A stretch of DNA of 64,000 bases, taken from the NCBI GenBank assembly GCA_964234715.1, contig OZ174275.1. The stretch is one strand, 5' to 3'. Numbering within the stretch: position 1 is the stretch's first letter; each line of letters opens with the position of its first letter. The translations under genes and the position numbers were made by a program. This DNA is from Podarcis melisellensis. Taxonomy: Eukaryota. The notes beneath the pieces were generated by a model, which saw nothing but the letters and a program-made list of their open reading frames with translations, had not been told where the DNA came from and made no database searches. Of this stretch, positions 37,065 through 51,228 are shown one piece after another.

Positions 37065-40000
37065 GTAACATTCTTTAAAAGGAATACATACTTGGGAGAA
37101 ATAAGGTTTTGGGAGGGTAGCACTGTTCACAGTGGCACAGACCCATTAACTGAAATTTGCCATTGCTCCACTGAATTCAGTAACGGACTGGTTTTCCCCT
37201 AACGTGACTTGTGAGGATGGAGGAAGACGCAAGAAATACAGAATATAAAAGTCTGGTGGGTGTTGGTAGAGCGGGATGAGAAGTAGGATTTGAATCATAA
37301 CGACCTCATAATAGGTCCAGTTCAGTGCAGTAGAGAAAATATTTTTCTGTACCAGAAACCTAGGTTCAGATCTCTTGTCCTTACCAAATAGCCACAGGCA
37401 GGTTATTTATTCTGCATGTTTCCATTTTATAAGACTGGAATTAACAGTAACATGACTCACCAGTTTACTGGCACTCAGACCATAGTCTGAAGAGAATGTA
37501 AATCTAAATAAATGAATCCGCCGCTCAGGTTCACAACTGGTTTCTTCTTGGGAAAACTGCACTTCCAGAGACTGGGTTGGAGAATTCTTCTTAGGAATGA
37601 TTGGCTAAGGAATGTTTGGAAATTACTCTCTAATTTCACTCATGTGCTTCTGCCCTGTGTCTCATCAGCTGGTTCCTGGAATTGCACAAGGAGTAGTATG
37701 TGAAGTTAGAATATATGTGCATGTGCAGTTACGTACATAGTTTATTTGTATGCTACCTTTTCACAGTTCATAGCATGCTCAGGGCAGCTTACAACATAAA
37801 ATTACATAACTACAACATAAAATGTAATTATAAACAATAAATAAAACACTAACAAATACAAAACCAAGCCGAACAATTTTCACATAAATCACAGCAAATT
37901 CAAAAATAAAGATACAAAAGACCAACAGCAACAACCCTCCCCTCCCAAAGAATACCCCAGCCCCTACGATAACAGTTTGCTCCTCCTAGTCTTGTGGGGG
38001 AAGGAGATTGGATAGAAGTGAAGCTGATAGTTGGAATAGAGCTCTGCATCCTTGATCCAGGGCACTTTCTCTGTAGTTGTCTGACTGGCTTCTTTTTCTT
38101 TTTCCAAATTCCACTAAGACCTATGTCCATATTAGGCTTGAGGGGAAAGATGCCTCATGAGTATGATCAGTGCAATGCTCTGATGTCACTCCTTAGATCC
38201 TGAATCTGCAGCCAGGTTGCCATATATAGCAGCAAACAGAACCTGAGTCTTATGTGGCCTTTTCCCCCACCCCCACCCCAAAGCATTTTGCCTCTGAGAT
38301 GGGGATGGAAACTTGCATTAAAGCAGGGATCTGCCTGTAAAGCGGAATAGTGCAGCAGGGAGTGGAGCTACTAGCTTTATAATACCAAGGCAGAAACTGC
38401 CTGTCCAAATGATGTTAATGCTTTTAAACAATTGATTTGTCCATTAGACAAAAGAAATACACCCAGTGCTAAAGTGCTTCAGATAAAGGATGCCTGCTGG
38501 AGTCTCCTTATCTGAATTTCTCCCCAGATTTTAGGGTTCTCAGTTAATTGATCTTGTTTGCTAATGTGCCAGTGCTGCTCCACAATGTGTCTTTCTTCCA
38601 TTTTTTATTTCCATTGTTAATGCAGCTGAGCTGGTGTAATTTGCTATAGTTTCCACTTTCCAGTCCCCCATTACAGGCTATCAAGGTGCACAAGTGTTTA
38701 TAGAGTATTGCACTAGCACTGGTGACACCACAGTTCCAATATGCACTTGACCATGAAGCTCTCTGAATGACCGTGAAACCTTGTCAGCTCACTGCCTTGC
38801 AGGTTTGTAAGAATAAGGTGCAGGGGCAGGAAGCAGGGAGGAGACCCATATTCATCACTTTAAGCTCCCTGGAGGAAAGGCAGGAAAGGAATATAATACC
38901 CAAACAAACAAACAAACAAACAAGCACACTGGTTAAAAGATCACATGAAAGGGAGAACTGATGTGATTGCATTGTTAATCAAAATCAAAGTTTGTAAATG
39001 TCATGATCTGTGTAAAATGTGTTCTCCAGTGCATAATCTAATACTTACTTTGGATAACTAGTAATCTGCCTTCTTACTTGAAATGAGCATATTCCTAGCT
39101 CTTTTAGTTGCAATAAAAAGCCCTGGAAGCATTTGAGCTCAGGTGATGCTTTCTGGTAACAAGAACTGCAATAGCTGGTGGTACGCAACACTGACAGGAC
39201 CAGTGGTCAGCTGCTTACTGGGAGGGAGAGGAGTGAGGTAGCAGGCAAGACTGGCATGGTGCAAATGCACCAGCGAAACCAGTCCAGTGCTTCCATCAGT
39301 GCAATTGGGTCTTCCTCCTCAACCTCCATCTCAGCAAGCAGCAGCAATACAGCCAACCAGTGGTCAGGTAAGCGCTGCTGCCCCATCATTTCTGAGTTTC
39401 ATTCCTTTGTTTACTTAATTTTCGTTCATTACTTTCATTTCCAAAAGTAACAACAGCTGCTAACAACAACATACTGGACTCAATACAACCAAGTTCTCAT
39501 GTGCTTGCCTACTCTGTGGCCAGAAATTGGGGCAGTACTTTCATGCTGCACCTACTTTTATCCCACTTTGATCTTTTTAAAGAAGGAGCTTCCTTTAGCA
39601 ACTGGGAGTGGCATTGATTATAATGTTGCCATGTCAAGGTCCACATGGAAGAGGGGAAAGAATAATTAAAACAGAACCACACAAGCATCTGCCTAGTCTT
39701 ACTGACTATTTTAAACCATTGGGTTGTAATTAGGGATATAAGTTAAGGTCTTATTTAAAGGCTTAGAGAGTGGTTCTGCTCTTAGGCAATCTGCCCACCA
39801 TCCCACTGATTTTCCAGGATTTGAGTAAATTTGTCCCTGCCCTGCCCTGCCCTAGCAGCTACTTCTGCACTATGAAGAAGCTGTAAAGTCAGTGATCTCC
39901 CATTGCCTCCAACTTAAAATAGCCCTTTATCTCCCTCTCCCTCTCCTTTATTTACATTATTAAGAGCAGAGAGATGTTATACAGCCCTGACCAAGGAGCA

Positions 40001-41147
40001 ATGGCAGATAAAATTAACAGAGTGTGCCGAAATGGCAAAACTCATGGGAAGAATTAAAAACCAGGAAGAGTTAACTTTTAATAAATGGGGAAAGTATATA
40101 GTTTATTTGAAAAATTATTGCAAGCAATTAAATTCATTAGCAGGTTTGATGTAAACTTGTAGCTAAAGAATTGAAATAAGGAATAATTAAGGATTAGTAA
40201 AAATTGGAAGTGTAAAGGAGATGCAGGGGGGATAATTATATCATAAGGACCCACAAAGGGGTGGGAGGGAAGTCAAAGGATATGTGCTTTGCTTTGCTTT
40301 TTTTTCTTTTTATGTTTTGTAAAATTTGAAAAATTCAAAAATTAAAAGAGCAGAGAGATGTCTCTTAGTGCACATCTTCTGCGCTGGTTTTCCAGTGCTC
40401 CAGCTGTATGTCTTGATCTTTCCCACCCAGTCTCTAGATTAGAGCATAGATGAGGCCCTGTTTAAAAAAAAGCCTGAGGATTTCTGAAGCATCAGGGAAT
40501 GAAAATGATGACTGTATTAGATTCACAATTCTTGGGTGAGCAGGAGTCCTATCTAGCTTCAACTCTTGAGAGCAGAGTTTGGTTTTCACATTTGCCAGGA
40601 ACCTTTTTTGAGAGGGTGGAGAAAACGATTTGTGTACAGATGGAGGACTGCTTTTGCAACTTAACCAGAGTGTAGACCATATTGATTGGATGCTTTGCAA
40701 GTTTATTCCATTCACCCTCACAACAACCCTGTGTAGGAACCGAAGGCTGTGGCTGAAGATACATGAAATCTTCTCGCAAATTTATTTTAATATTTTAATA
40801 TTTTTTTCTTCAGAAAGAACATAACTTAATCACATAACTAATAAAGTGATGGACATAATAATAGGGGGCATGGTTGAAGGTGACTCTGTATAGGTTTTTT
40901 GAGCTTATGTAGGATTAGGACTCTGTAAGGAATGCCCTGCTGAGCTGGAATTCAAATCAAGCTTTCTTAAGAGCAAAGACTCTGTATTGCAGCAAATTGC
41001 ATACTCTGAAGTGACATATCAAAAACACCACTATCCTGGATATTGTGATGCTATGGAGATGGGTCTCTGTGAATGGCAGTCATGCTAAGAAGTCAAGATA
41101 AGTCTTTGCAATGTCCACTTCCATGAATGGCTATTTCTGTCTTGCAG

Positions 41148-41324
41148 TCCTGGTTCAGACACGTGGTGGTAACTCCAATGGTGCCCTGTGCCACTTCCCC
41201 TTCCTCTACAACAACCAGAATTACACTGACTGCACTTCCGAGGGACGGAGAGACAGTATGAAGTGGTGTGGAACCACCCCAAACTATGATGCTGATCAAA
41301 AATTTGGATTTTGTCCCATGGCAG
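41148..41324 (+). CDS. FN1: FN1 exon 9 (FnII-2)
   Basis: [58 protein letters not shown]; 177 nt. Confidence 0.98.
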
Positions 41325-41825
41325 GTATGTTGAACATATATTTAGTGAGAGTCTAAGTACGAAGATGTTTGACTGGTGCTCTAATTCTCTGCAGATTGTG
41401 AAAGAATTTTGTCTATGTGATGCTGAAAGATCACTAATTAAGCCTCAGCAGCTGTCTGTAAATATTAGCCTCAATCATGTTCCGCCAATATTCCATTCTG
41501 GAATCTAGAACCTTGTGGGAATGCATCTTTTCCTTAATTCAAGCTTCAGCAGTAGCTGCAAATTCCAAATTGCATCCCCCTCCCAGTGTAAATTAATCTC
41601 ATTTGATATGCGTTGCTGAAATAGTTTTACATTACAACTTTAGCAAACACATTGATATCAAAACTCTTGTGGAATCAGTAAGACAGAATGAATTTTTTTT
41701 TCAAATATTTTAACAAAATTGTTTGTTCAAAAAAGAAGATTGCCACTGTACTTTGTTTAATATGAAGTATGGCATACACAAACATAGGCCCCAACAAACA
41801 AACCTCACTCTTTATTATTCCTTGA

Positions 41826-42038
<213 letters not shown>

Positions 42039-42106
42039 TGACAAGGATTAATCTAGAGTGGTCATATGATGTGGGTGCAAGGGGGTAGGTAATCTTCAGA
42101 TATGAT

Positions 42107-42619
42107 TTTGCTCCTGTTGTTGTTTAGTTGTTTAGTCGTGACCCCATGGACCAGAGCATGCCAGGCACTTCTGTCTTCCACTGTCTCCCGCAGTTTGGTC
42201 AAACTCATGCTGGTAGCTTCAAGAACACTGTCCAACCATCTCGTCCTCTGTCGTCCCCTTGTTCTTGTGCCCTCCATCTTTCCCAACATTAGGGTCTTTT
42301 CCAGGGAGTCTTCTCTTCTCAAGAGGTGGCCAAAGTATTGGAGCCTCAGCTTCAGGATCTGTCCTTCCAGTGAGCACTGAGGGCTGATTTCCTTCAGAAT
42401 GGATAGGTTTGATTTTCTTGCAGTCCATGGGACTCTCAAGAGTCTCCTCCAGCACCGTAATTCAAAAGCATCAATTCTTCGGCAATCAGCCTTCTTTATG
42501 GTCCAGCTCTCACTTCCATACATCACTACTGGGAAAATCATAGCTTTAACTATACGGACCTTTGTTGGCAAGGTGATGTCTCTGCTTTTTAAGATGCTGT
42601 CTAGGTTTGTCATCGCTTT
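42107..42619 (-). mobile_element. BovB (RTE) LINE 3' fragment with 14-bp TSD
   Basis: Open peptide LDSILKSRDITLPTKVRIVKAMIFPVVMYGSESWT...YFGHLLRREDSLEKTLMLGKMEG..RGRQRTRWLD; CAA-rich tail; TCTTCAGATATGAT at 42093-42106 and 42620-42633. Confidence 0.95.
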
Positions 42620-44221
42620 TCTTCAGATATGATAAAGCTTTCTTAATTCTTTATTAATTTCTAGATTGCATTATTCCATTGGCTTCATTGGGGATTGAGG
42701 GAATCCCTGCAAATCTCAGGGCATTTAGTGCAGCAATGAATAATAATGGGCAAGGCTCTTTGCTCTCCTGAGCGAAATCTTATGAGGAGTGTAGTAGTCT
42801 CTGGTGGAAAATTTCAGTTCCTGAAAATCGCTAGTGACACATAGACATTTGCTCTGAGACAAAAATCTCTCACGCGAACTTCTTGAATCCTTCTTTACCA
42901 TTTGTGCATTTGAGGCTTGGTACAGACCATTTTTGTCTCCTTGCGGTTGCCCACAGGAGAGCGTGAGGCTGGGCTTGGAAATCCGATGGTCAGCACAAGG
43001 CAGTGCCAAACTGGCTCCACCATGAAGGGGTGGAAGTTTAGGCGGCACTGGTGGTCCTTTGCCAGTCTGCTGGGATGGTGTAAATTGCAGCAGCTCCACA
43101 ATATGGCATGGCAGTGGGCCTGCACTCGTTTCTCTGCTGCTTTGCTATACGCACTGCAAGCAATTTGAGATCTTAGGCTGATCTTCTGGCTTCTTAAATG
43201 CTGCTTTGTACTCCAGTGCTGGATGGTGCCCAAAGCCAGCATTCAGACTTCTGACCTTGAAAAAAGAAAAGAATTGCTGAGTAAATATAATACATTCCCC
43301 TTTGAATGTGCAGATGAAATGCATGCATACTATTTGCATAAACAGAATCTCAGGCGCTTTAGTATAGGATCTCCTCTATCTACCCTTTTGGTACCATGTG
43401 GACACCACGCCCAGATTAGTTTGGTTGGTAGTGATGTGCTGAAGGACGAGTGTGGAGCTACTCTCCCTTCTTCAGTGATATCTTCCTTGGATGAGGAGGA
43501 ATCACTAATCTACAGGAAAACTGGGTAGGAAATTCTACTGAAAGTTCCTGAGTCTATGGATAGAGAAGTGCTTAGACAGCATGAAAGAAAAATAAAAGAA
43601 GGTGAGAGTGCAGACATTTCATCATCTTGCATTTGCCTCACACCAGTGGATTACTGTTTAGAAGAAACAGGGTGGAGAGAAGACTTCCAGCTGCTGTTGA
43701 AATGGAATATAATTTATAGGGGACAGTCTGTTCCTGATTTTTCTTTGGCACATTATGTAGCGCCGTAACTTCCCAGTTCCCTGTGTTAGTGTTGCCCAAA
43801 GTGTAGGTAGGCTTAGAGTGATCTCTAGTTGTGCTCGCCCTTCTGTGTCACTACTGTGCTCTCCACTGAAGTGGTAATTCAGAATTAAAGCTGATTTTTA
43901 TTGCCACTAGGAGATCCAGTTGTTATTCTGTACACCTGAGGGATTGGTGTTGGAAGGAAAGCAAAATACATTTTAAGATTCTGAATTGTGTTGGCTTTTC
44001 AGTCTTTTTATGAAATTCAGTATGTCCCCAGTGCTTTGCTGGTCAGGGCCAAAGCAGCTGAACCAGGTCCACTCAGCTGGGGGGTAGGAGGGCTCCTGCC
44101 CCACAGCTAAGCGAGCCCATCCTGTGATAGAGCCTGACAGACTCCGATTGCAGGACTTCTTCCACCTTCACAGGCATGGGCGGGTTGGCGGGCAAGCAAC
44201 CTCCTTCTCTCAGGAGAAAGA

Positions 44222-44225
<4 letters not shown>

Positions 44226-44309
<84 letters not shown>
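44226..44309. repeat. Compound microsatellite (TC)25(AC)17
   Basis: Read directly from the sequence. Confidence 0.97.
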
Positions 44310-44313
<4 letters not shown>

Positions 44314-45555
44314 CCAAAGATGGAGGGAGCCTAGCGATACAGCTTGTTTCTCTCTCTGCGCTGGCATGAGGAGCAGACCGTGATGGTGATTTACTCAGCA
44401 GGATATCTGCTTCTCTCGCCCAGCTGCAGCTGTTTCTCCCTCAGCACACTGGGCCCTGGAGGGACTCAGGAGTTAAACCATTATTGCGGTCTGCCCCTCA
44501 TACTAGTCCTGGGTGATATATTGATATATCACCCAGTCCTAGAAGACTGATACTGAGAGTAATTATAGCATGAAAGAACCAATGTTAAAACACACATATG
44601 CACAAATAAGTGTGTTGGGTGAGCAGAAGCCCCTTCGCATGCAACTGGCTCCATGAGAAAAAGGGGCTGTGCCACTGGCTGCAGCCCATTTGTTGCACCA
44701 CTTCCTCAGTCCACAATCCTCTGCATGGACTTCCACACAAGTTGACCACCGGAGATACTGTGAGTGTCTTTCCCTTTTGTAGATGTCCATTCTCAGCACT
44801 TGGATGTTGAGGGCAGGGAAGCTGTGCAGCATCGGTGGGTAGGGCTTAAATGCCTGAATCACTTTCCTCTAAAGATGAAATACGGTTGATTCACAGCTCT
44901 GCATTAGGGTGTCAGCTGTTAGCATTTCAGTCAATTGAATGAAACAGGGTTCTATAACAGTATGCGTGAAGGAGATTATAAGGCTGGTGAGGATGCAAGT
45001 GATGCATACAGCCATTTTGCACCCATAAAACTAGCTTTTCTTTAATATTCAGGTCAAAGGTCTGTATGGGTATGTGCAAGGCCATAGCCTGGATTTGCAG
45101 TTGTTTCTATTTCTTCTCTTTAGCCTGCTTGGTTTTTAAACAAAGACTAAGGATTGAAGCAAGAGAGAAAGCACATTGGTCCCAAATATAATACTCATTA
45201 TATTTAGTAGTAGTACTTTGCTGCCTGATGTTTAATAACCTTGTAGAAGAAATAGGAGGATAGTCAGAGACTTGATTAAGGGGTTTTAGAGAATGAGCCC
45301 TTTATAGAAATTGCATATTGTCTAGATTTTATTTCTCGCATTAGAATCTCAGTGCCAAGAAAAAATGCAGGCTTGTGGAGCAAGGGGGTATTTTAACCTG
45401 ATTGTGTAAACCTATATTTTTCTGTGTTTATGTGAAAATTGGTTAATTCTCTGTAGGTGACTTTGCTGTGCTTTGAAAAAACTTGTGCAACTTGTTTCAC
45501 AATAGAGCACCATTAATCGGGTGAGAGCTCAGTAACCTGTATTTGTTCAAAGTAA

Positions 45556-45738
<183 letters not shown>

Positions 45739-47749
45739 TGAACTTCCTGAGATATCGAGAGCCAGAGAGAGGGGGAAGGAGAAGCACTTAATGAACAGTT
45801 AGGCTTTTGCCAAACCCAGTTTGATAGCAGGTATGATAATAAATGAGTGAAGCTACGTTTGATGTTAAAAGTCAGATCACGCCATCTTTTAAAGGCTGCA
45901 TTCTCTGTAAAACTATTACAAAAATCTGTTACCAAATACTGCCTACCTAAAACTTTGCTAATGTAACTAGTATATACCACCTCTTCACAGCATTTGAATG
46001 TAGGTTGCTTATAAGCCTGTAGTATACACAAATCTCCCTGCTTGCCCATGAATTGGGGCCATAGCATTTAATTTTCAAAGATGCAAATTGGAATAATTTT
46101 TAAAACTACTCCCATCAACATTTTGAGATGACTTTGGTTTCTCTTTGACCCGATCCACCCTCTTACTCACCTTTCTCCAAACTAGAAAGCCCCAATAGCA
46201 TAGCCTTTCCTCATATGGGAACACAGTTTGAAACGTTCACCATGAAGTTTTTCTAGTCTCTTGAACCAAAAGAGCTTCAAAGCCAGTTCTAGCAAATATT
46301 ATCTTACCTGAGGCTAAGCCTGTTTTATTTGGCTGACTGTACTCTGCTAGGACTAATGAAGATTTGAATTGTGTGAGCAGCACTCTTGAACCTGGTCATA
46401 GCTAAGACTATTTCTAAGAATGAACACATGGCTGTTTTCTGACCAAAAAAACATTCTTAATTTTGTTTGCATGTTTAGGCCTGGGTGTTTGATAGCTGAT
46501 TATTTAATCCCTGGGGAGCTTTAATGTTTTTCCTGGCAAGCATTTATAAGTTCCTAGTGGTTAAGTTCTTCTTCATTTAAAATAGATCTGTGCAGGTTTT
46601 ACTGAACCACATTTTGCAGCTTAGTAAACGTGAGGCTCTTGCAAATGGCTCCTTGGGGGGAAAGGGAGTTTTGTTTGAAAATGAGTTAGAAAGTTCTGTA
46701 AAATGGGCTGTTTCCATCTTTGCCCTGCATTTTTGGGGGGGAAATTGCTGCAGTTAGCACCTAGTAAAACTTATTAATAAAGCTCCCATCTGCAATGCAT
46801 TAAGATAAATGTGAAGCAACATGATTAAGGCTCATTTAAGTATTCTGGAATTTCAGAATCTACTTTCTGCTTAAAACTCTGCTCCTAATAGTATAGTTTG
46901 GAATTACAGGGACAGTGAATAAGAGAATACAACGATCTAAATATTGAAATGGCATGATTCTACACCCCTAAAATACATTGAAATTTTGCTATTTCATGAT
47001 ATCAGCAGAAGCAGAACTGAATTTAAAAGAAAGCAAATTTTGGCCATTGGTATACAAATGGGATGTATATTTGTTACGTACCCCAAAAGCACTATTTGCT
47101 GCTTTCACATTTTCATAATAGAATCCTAGAGAAATACGAGTAAATCTGCTTCCACCAAAACGATTCCCTTCTAGACAATTATTTATGGCACATGTGTCCT
47201 ACTTATCAGACATTACACCAGAAAGCCACAGACTCCTTGACTAAATCCTTTCCTCTCAGCTTTAGTTTTCAGTCTGCATGATAGAATTAATAATGGTAAG
47301 TTGTGTGATAGTTGTGTTGAAGGGTTCTCTGCTGTAGTCTTTCTATCTGGCCTTGGGCATGCGACTTTCCCTTAATAGGTGGGAAGAGCGCCAGGAGGCG
47401 CATGAGGAGGAAGGTTTTGAATAGAATTCATTCCATGCAGGCACAGGAACCTGCTGGTGATAAGGTTCCAACCCTGGTCCAGTGACTCAAGTGAGAAGTG
47501 GATCCTGGTGGCTTGCCCCTCTAAAAGACATGCCAAGGCTATGCTCTTTGCAACAGATGGGGAAGCCCCAGCTGGGCCTACTTTGAAACCCCACTTCTTG
47601 TGAAGAGGTTGGGGGGGGAAATATGGGAATTTCAAAGGGCCACATGGAAATGTGGAGACAGGAGTGTTGAGTCTGTAAGCCTGAAGAACCCCACACTTGA
47701 AATTTCTGTGAAATAACCACACATTCCCCACTTGGTTTTCTGCTTCCAG

Positions 47750-47893
47750 ACCAGTGCCAAGATTCTGAAAGCCAGACCTTTTACCAGATTGGGGATTCGT
47801 GGGAGAAGCACGTTCATGGTGTCAGATATCAGTGCTACTGTTATGGACGTGGCATTGGAGAGTGGCACTGCCAGCCTTTGACTGCATACACAG
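47750..47893 (+). CDS. FN1: FN1 exon 12 (FnI-9)
   Basis: [47 protein letters not shown]; 144 nt. Confidence 0.98.
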
Positions 47894-50774
47894 GTAGGAA
47901 GCTGTGGGATGAACAACCCGTTGTTGTTTTTTAAAGGATCCAGTATGTCTCCTTTGAGCATGTTTTCTTGTTTTCAGTGATTCCATGTGAGCAGAACTTT
48001 GCATAAGACCTTTTCTCTTGCAGAGAATCCTGTTTCCTAAGAATCTTATCTTTTATGGTTTTGATCACATTTTTAATGTAAGAGAGAGAAGTTAGAAAGT
48101 AATCAGGTCCAAAACATGTGTCCCATGAATTACAAGAATCAAACCTGCATGTCTTTAATGTTATTTCCATTGAATTGTACATTTGGGTCTCTATACTATT
48201 CACATTGTGATTTTTAAATTATTATCATTTTAGCATCCTTCCAGCTGCCTCTTCACCATATTGATTTTCAGGGCAATGGTTACTCTTTATTTGCACACAC
48301 CTTTCCTTCTTTTAGCTGTCCAGACTGGTTTTTTTTTTTAATGGATTTTGAAGCTCACTGTTAGATACTTTTTTTTCTCCTGGTGGGGCTGCTTCTATGC
48401 TTCTAACAGCTTCGTGGCAAGGATGAAAGCTTTTAGTACTTGGCATGACCAGCTCTCTGAACAAAATGTTTGAACTGTCCTGATCACCCAGTTCCAGGAA
48501 TTTTGCATAGATGTGGTTGATACGAGTTTGTTTGTTCAGCTCCAGCCTTATGCACATACATTGATAAGAGAGGCTGTTGAGTTGACCTTTGGGCTTTCAA
48601 ACTACATTTGCAGCTTTGTTTTTGCTAGCTTTTAAATTTATGGATGAGCATAACAGTGCCTAGTGGTGGCCTAGTTATCCCATAAAATAAATAACTTGTG
48701 AGTAAGCAGGAGTTTATTGCTTCCGCATATTGATTCTGGGATTATAGCCCTGGAATTGCAAGACTTGCTTTGGGAAGTGTGTCTTTTTTCTTCCCAACTT
48801 TTTGCTGATATAGGATTAGACAGGGTTTGAGGTTGGACTGGAGCTCTGTCTGAAGACTTGTGTGTAACTCAATCATAGTTGCATATCCTACACCACTGAA
48901 GATGAAGGAACAAAACACATCTGTTCCAGGCTGAGTCAGTGATGAATATACAGTATTTTGTTAGGGGGAGACCTAGACAGTCTTGCTGTCTTGCTTTGCT
49001 GTCAGTGAACATGGCTGCAAGATTATATGACCAGAAAGTTCTAAAAGGTAGTTAAATCCTATCACTGCAAGGCAGGGTTTCCATTCATCATGTGCTTATC
49101 ATGTGCTGACCCAAACCATCCAGAGCTAGTAGGTTCTCGAAGTGGAAGGTAAGATGTTGCCTACTAAGCGAATGCACCAGCTGAGAATGGCATAGTAACA
49201 CAAACTTTTCTTGGGAAAAGTAAGTAGTAATCAGGAAAGAACTGGGTTCCATTTTTAGGAATTTTGTAGTAGAAAGTGACATACATTTAAACATGCATGC
49301 ACTATGTTCCACCTGTTGCAAAATATGTGTGTTTTGTACTGAGATGGGAACAGTAAATGTTGAATGAGATGCAGCCCAGACCAATTTCACAGCCCCACTC
49401 AAGATTATTTATTTGTTGAGTAATATCCTGCTTTTCCATTGGCATGTTCAAGGCAGTTAACAATGTTGCAGTTAACAAAACAATTCCTATAGCTGTTCAC
49501 ATGGAAGATGGTTCCCACAGGAAGCTGGAGAACTGGATTTGACTCTTCCCATGACTGCTGCCAGTTAACATTCTTTGAGGGACAGTAGCAGATGGAAAAT
49601 TAAGGACTGATTTTCTTAGATTTGTGACAAAGTATACTTTGTGGGATTCAAAGTTCACCAGAGGAACAATAATGTTGACTCTGGAAGGTCAGCATGCATT
49701 CAAGGCTGAAGCACCCTGGGATTCCTTGTTCCTGTAGGCAGTGTTCTATTACCTCAGGATAACAATTCTGAGATAGCAGCCCTGAAAAAGCAAGACTTAT
49801 TTTGGGGCTGGTTGAGCAGTGAGACTCAGGACATAGAACATGAGGTGGAGTGTGGCCTGCACGAGTGTCACTGCTCCAAAGTGATAGTATTCTGCTGAGA
49901 GAAATAGCACATCTTGAGGCATGTGAAATGAAAACACAAGTCCTCGGGTTCCTCTGGTTGGCTTTTGCAGTTATAATTGAGTCCTGGTATTCTTGTGCAA
50001 CTGTTACAACAACCCATCTCAAGGAGTTATGTGAAATATGTGTACCCTCAGAATAGTAGCCAAGGCCTCTTCTTAGATACACGATGGATGGAAAATGTGG
50101 GGGTAAATCAAACAACCGAGTTCCTGAGTATCTCTTTGGCAGTTGAGACCATTTCAAAGCTAGCCCCAGCATGGGAGGGGGCTTGTTTTTATTGAAGCTT
50201 TTAAAAGTTTCCACAGGTATGTATGCTGTACAGTTGTCCAAACAAGTTTGCAAAGGGAAACTTCTTTAAAAGGAAGAATTTAATTGCTAAAATAACAGAG
50301 CGTTCCACAGAGCCAGACAGTTCCTTGCTGATGTGCTGTGGGGATTTAAGTCTTGCTCACTAAACACCATATACTCATTCAGAAGCTGTACTGAATCAGC
50401 ATTTAACTCGAAATTTGATGCAGGTGGTACAAAACAAACAAACTGAAGGTTAAAATGAGTTGAGCATCAATAAAATGAAAAACAGGGGCTGTGAATTTAA
50501 TAACTTTTTATGCTTGTGGGTGACCTGGCAGATCACTAACTCTCAGCCTGACCTACCTCACCTGGTTATTATGAGCATAAAAGAGGGAAACGGGGAACCA
50601 ATAAGTTCTGAGTGCGAGTTGATTTGGAAATTAATGCAATACATTTGGAAAGCCCTTGCATGTGTAATGCAGCAGCCATATCGCACTCCTTTTGTGATGT
50701 GCCAACATCACAAAAACTTGTATATATTACCTGCTTCCACATTTCATTTCCTGGTGAATCTCACCATAAGAATA

Positions 50775-50918
50775 CCGTACTTTTCCATGTATAGGTTTTT
50801 TTACTCCAAAAGAATGTTAAAAAACAGGGGTCATATTATACACGGGGGTCATCTTCCCCCATTTTCATAAATTTGAGTCCCCCAAAATAGGGGTCGTGTT
50901 ATACACGGAACAATCCGG
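50775..50918. mobile_element. Tc1/mariner (pogo/Tc2-like) MITE
   Basis: CCGTACTTTTCCATGTATA / TATACACGGAACAATCCGG imperfect TIRs; TA flanks. Confidence 0.7.
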
Positions 50919-51106
50919 TAACTCTTGAAGATTGTGTTGTGTTTTGCCAAAAAGAAAAAAAAAGTTGAACGCAATCCTTATATTACTGTACAATGTAGGT
51001 GGGTTATGATTATTGGAGACAGGAGGGAAATATGAAAATAAATTTACTTGAAAAAGATGCATAGATGTAGCTGTAAGTAAACTAATGGAAAAAAATTATA
51101 TTTTAG

Positions 51107-51228
51107 GTTCTACTGGCCCTGTTCAAGTTATTATCACAGATGTTCCAATTAATCCTGATTCTCATCCTGTCCAGTGGGTTGCACCTGAATCCTCTCACAT
51201 TTCCAAGTACATCATCCGATGGAAACCA
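51107..51228 (+). CDS. FN1: FN1 exon 13 (FnIII-1a)
   Basis: [40 protein letters not shown]; 122 nt; phase 1 to 0. Confidence 0.97.
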
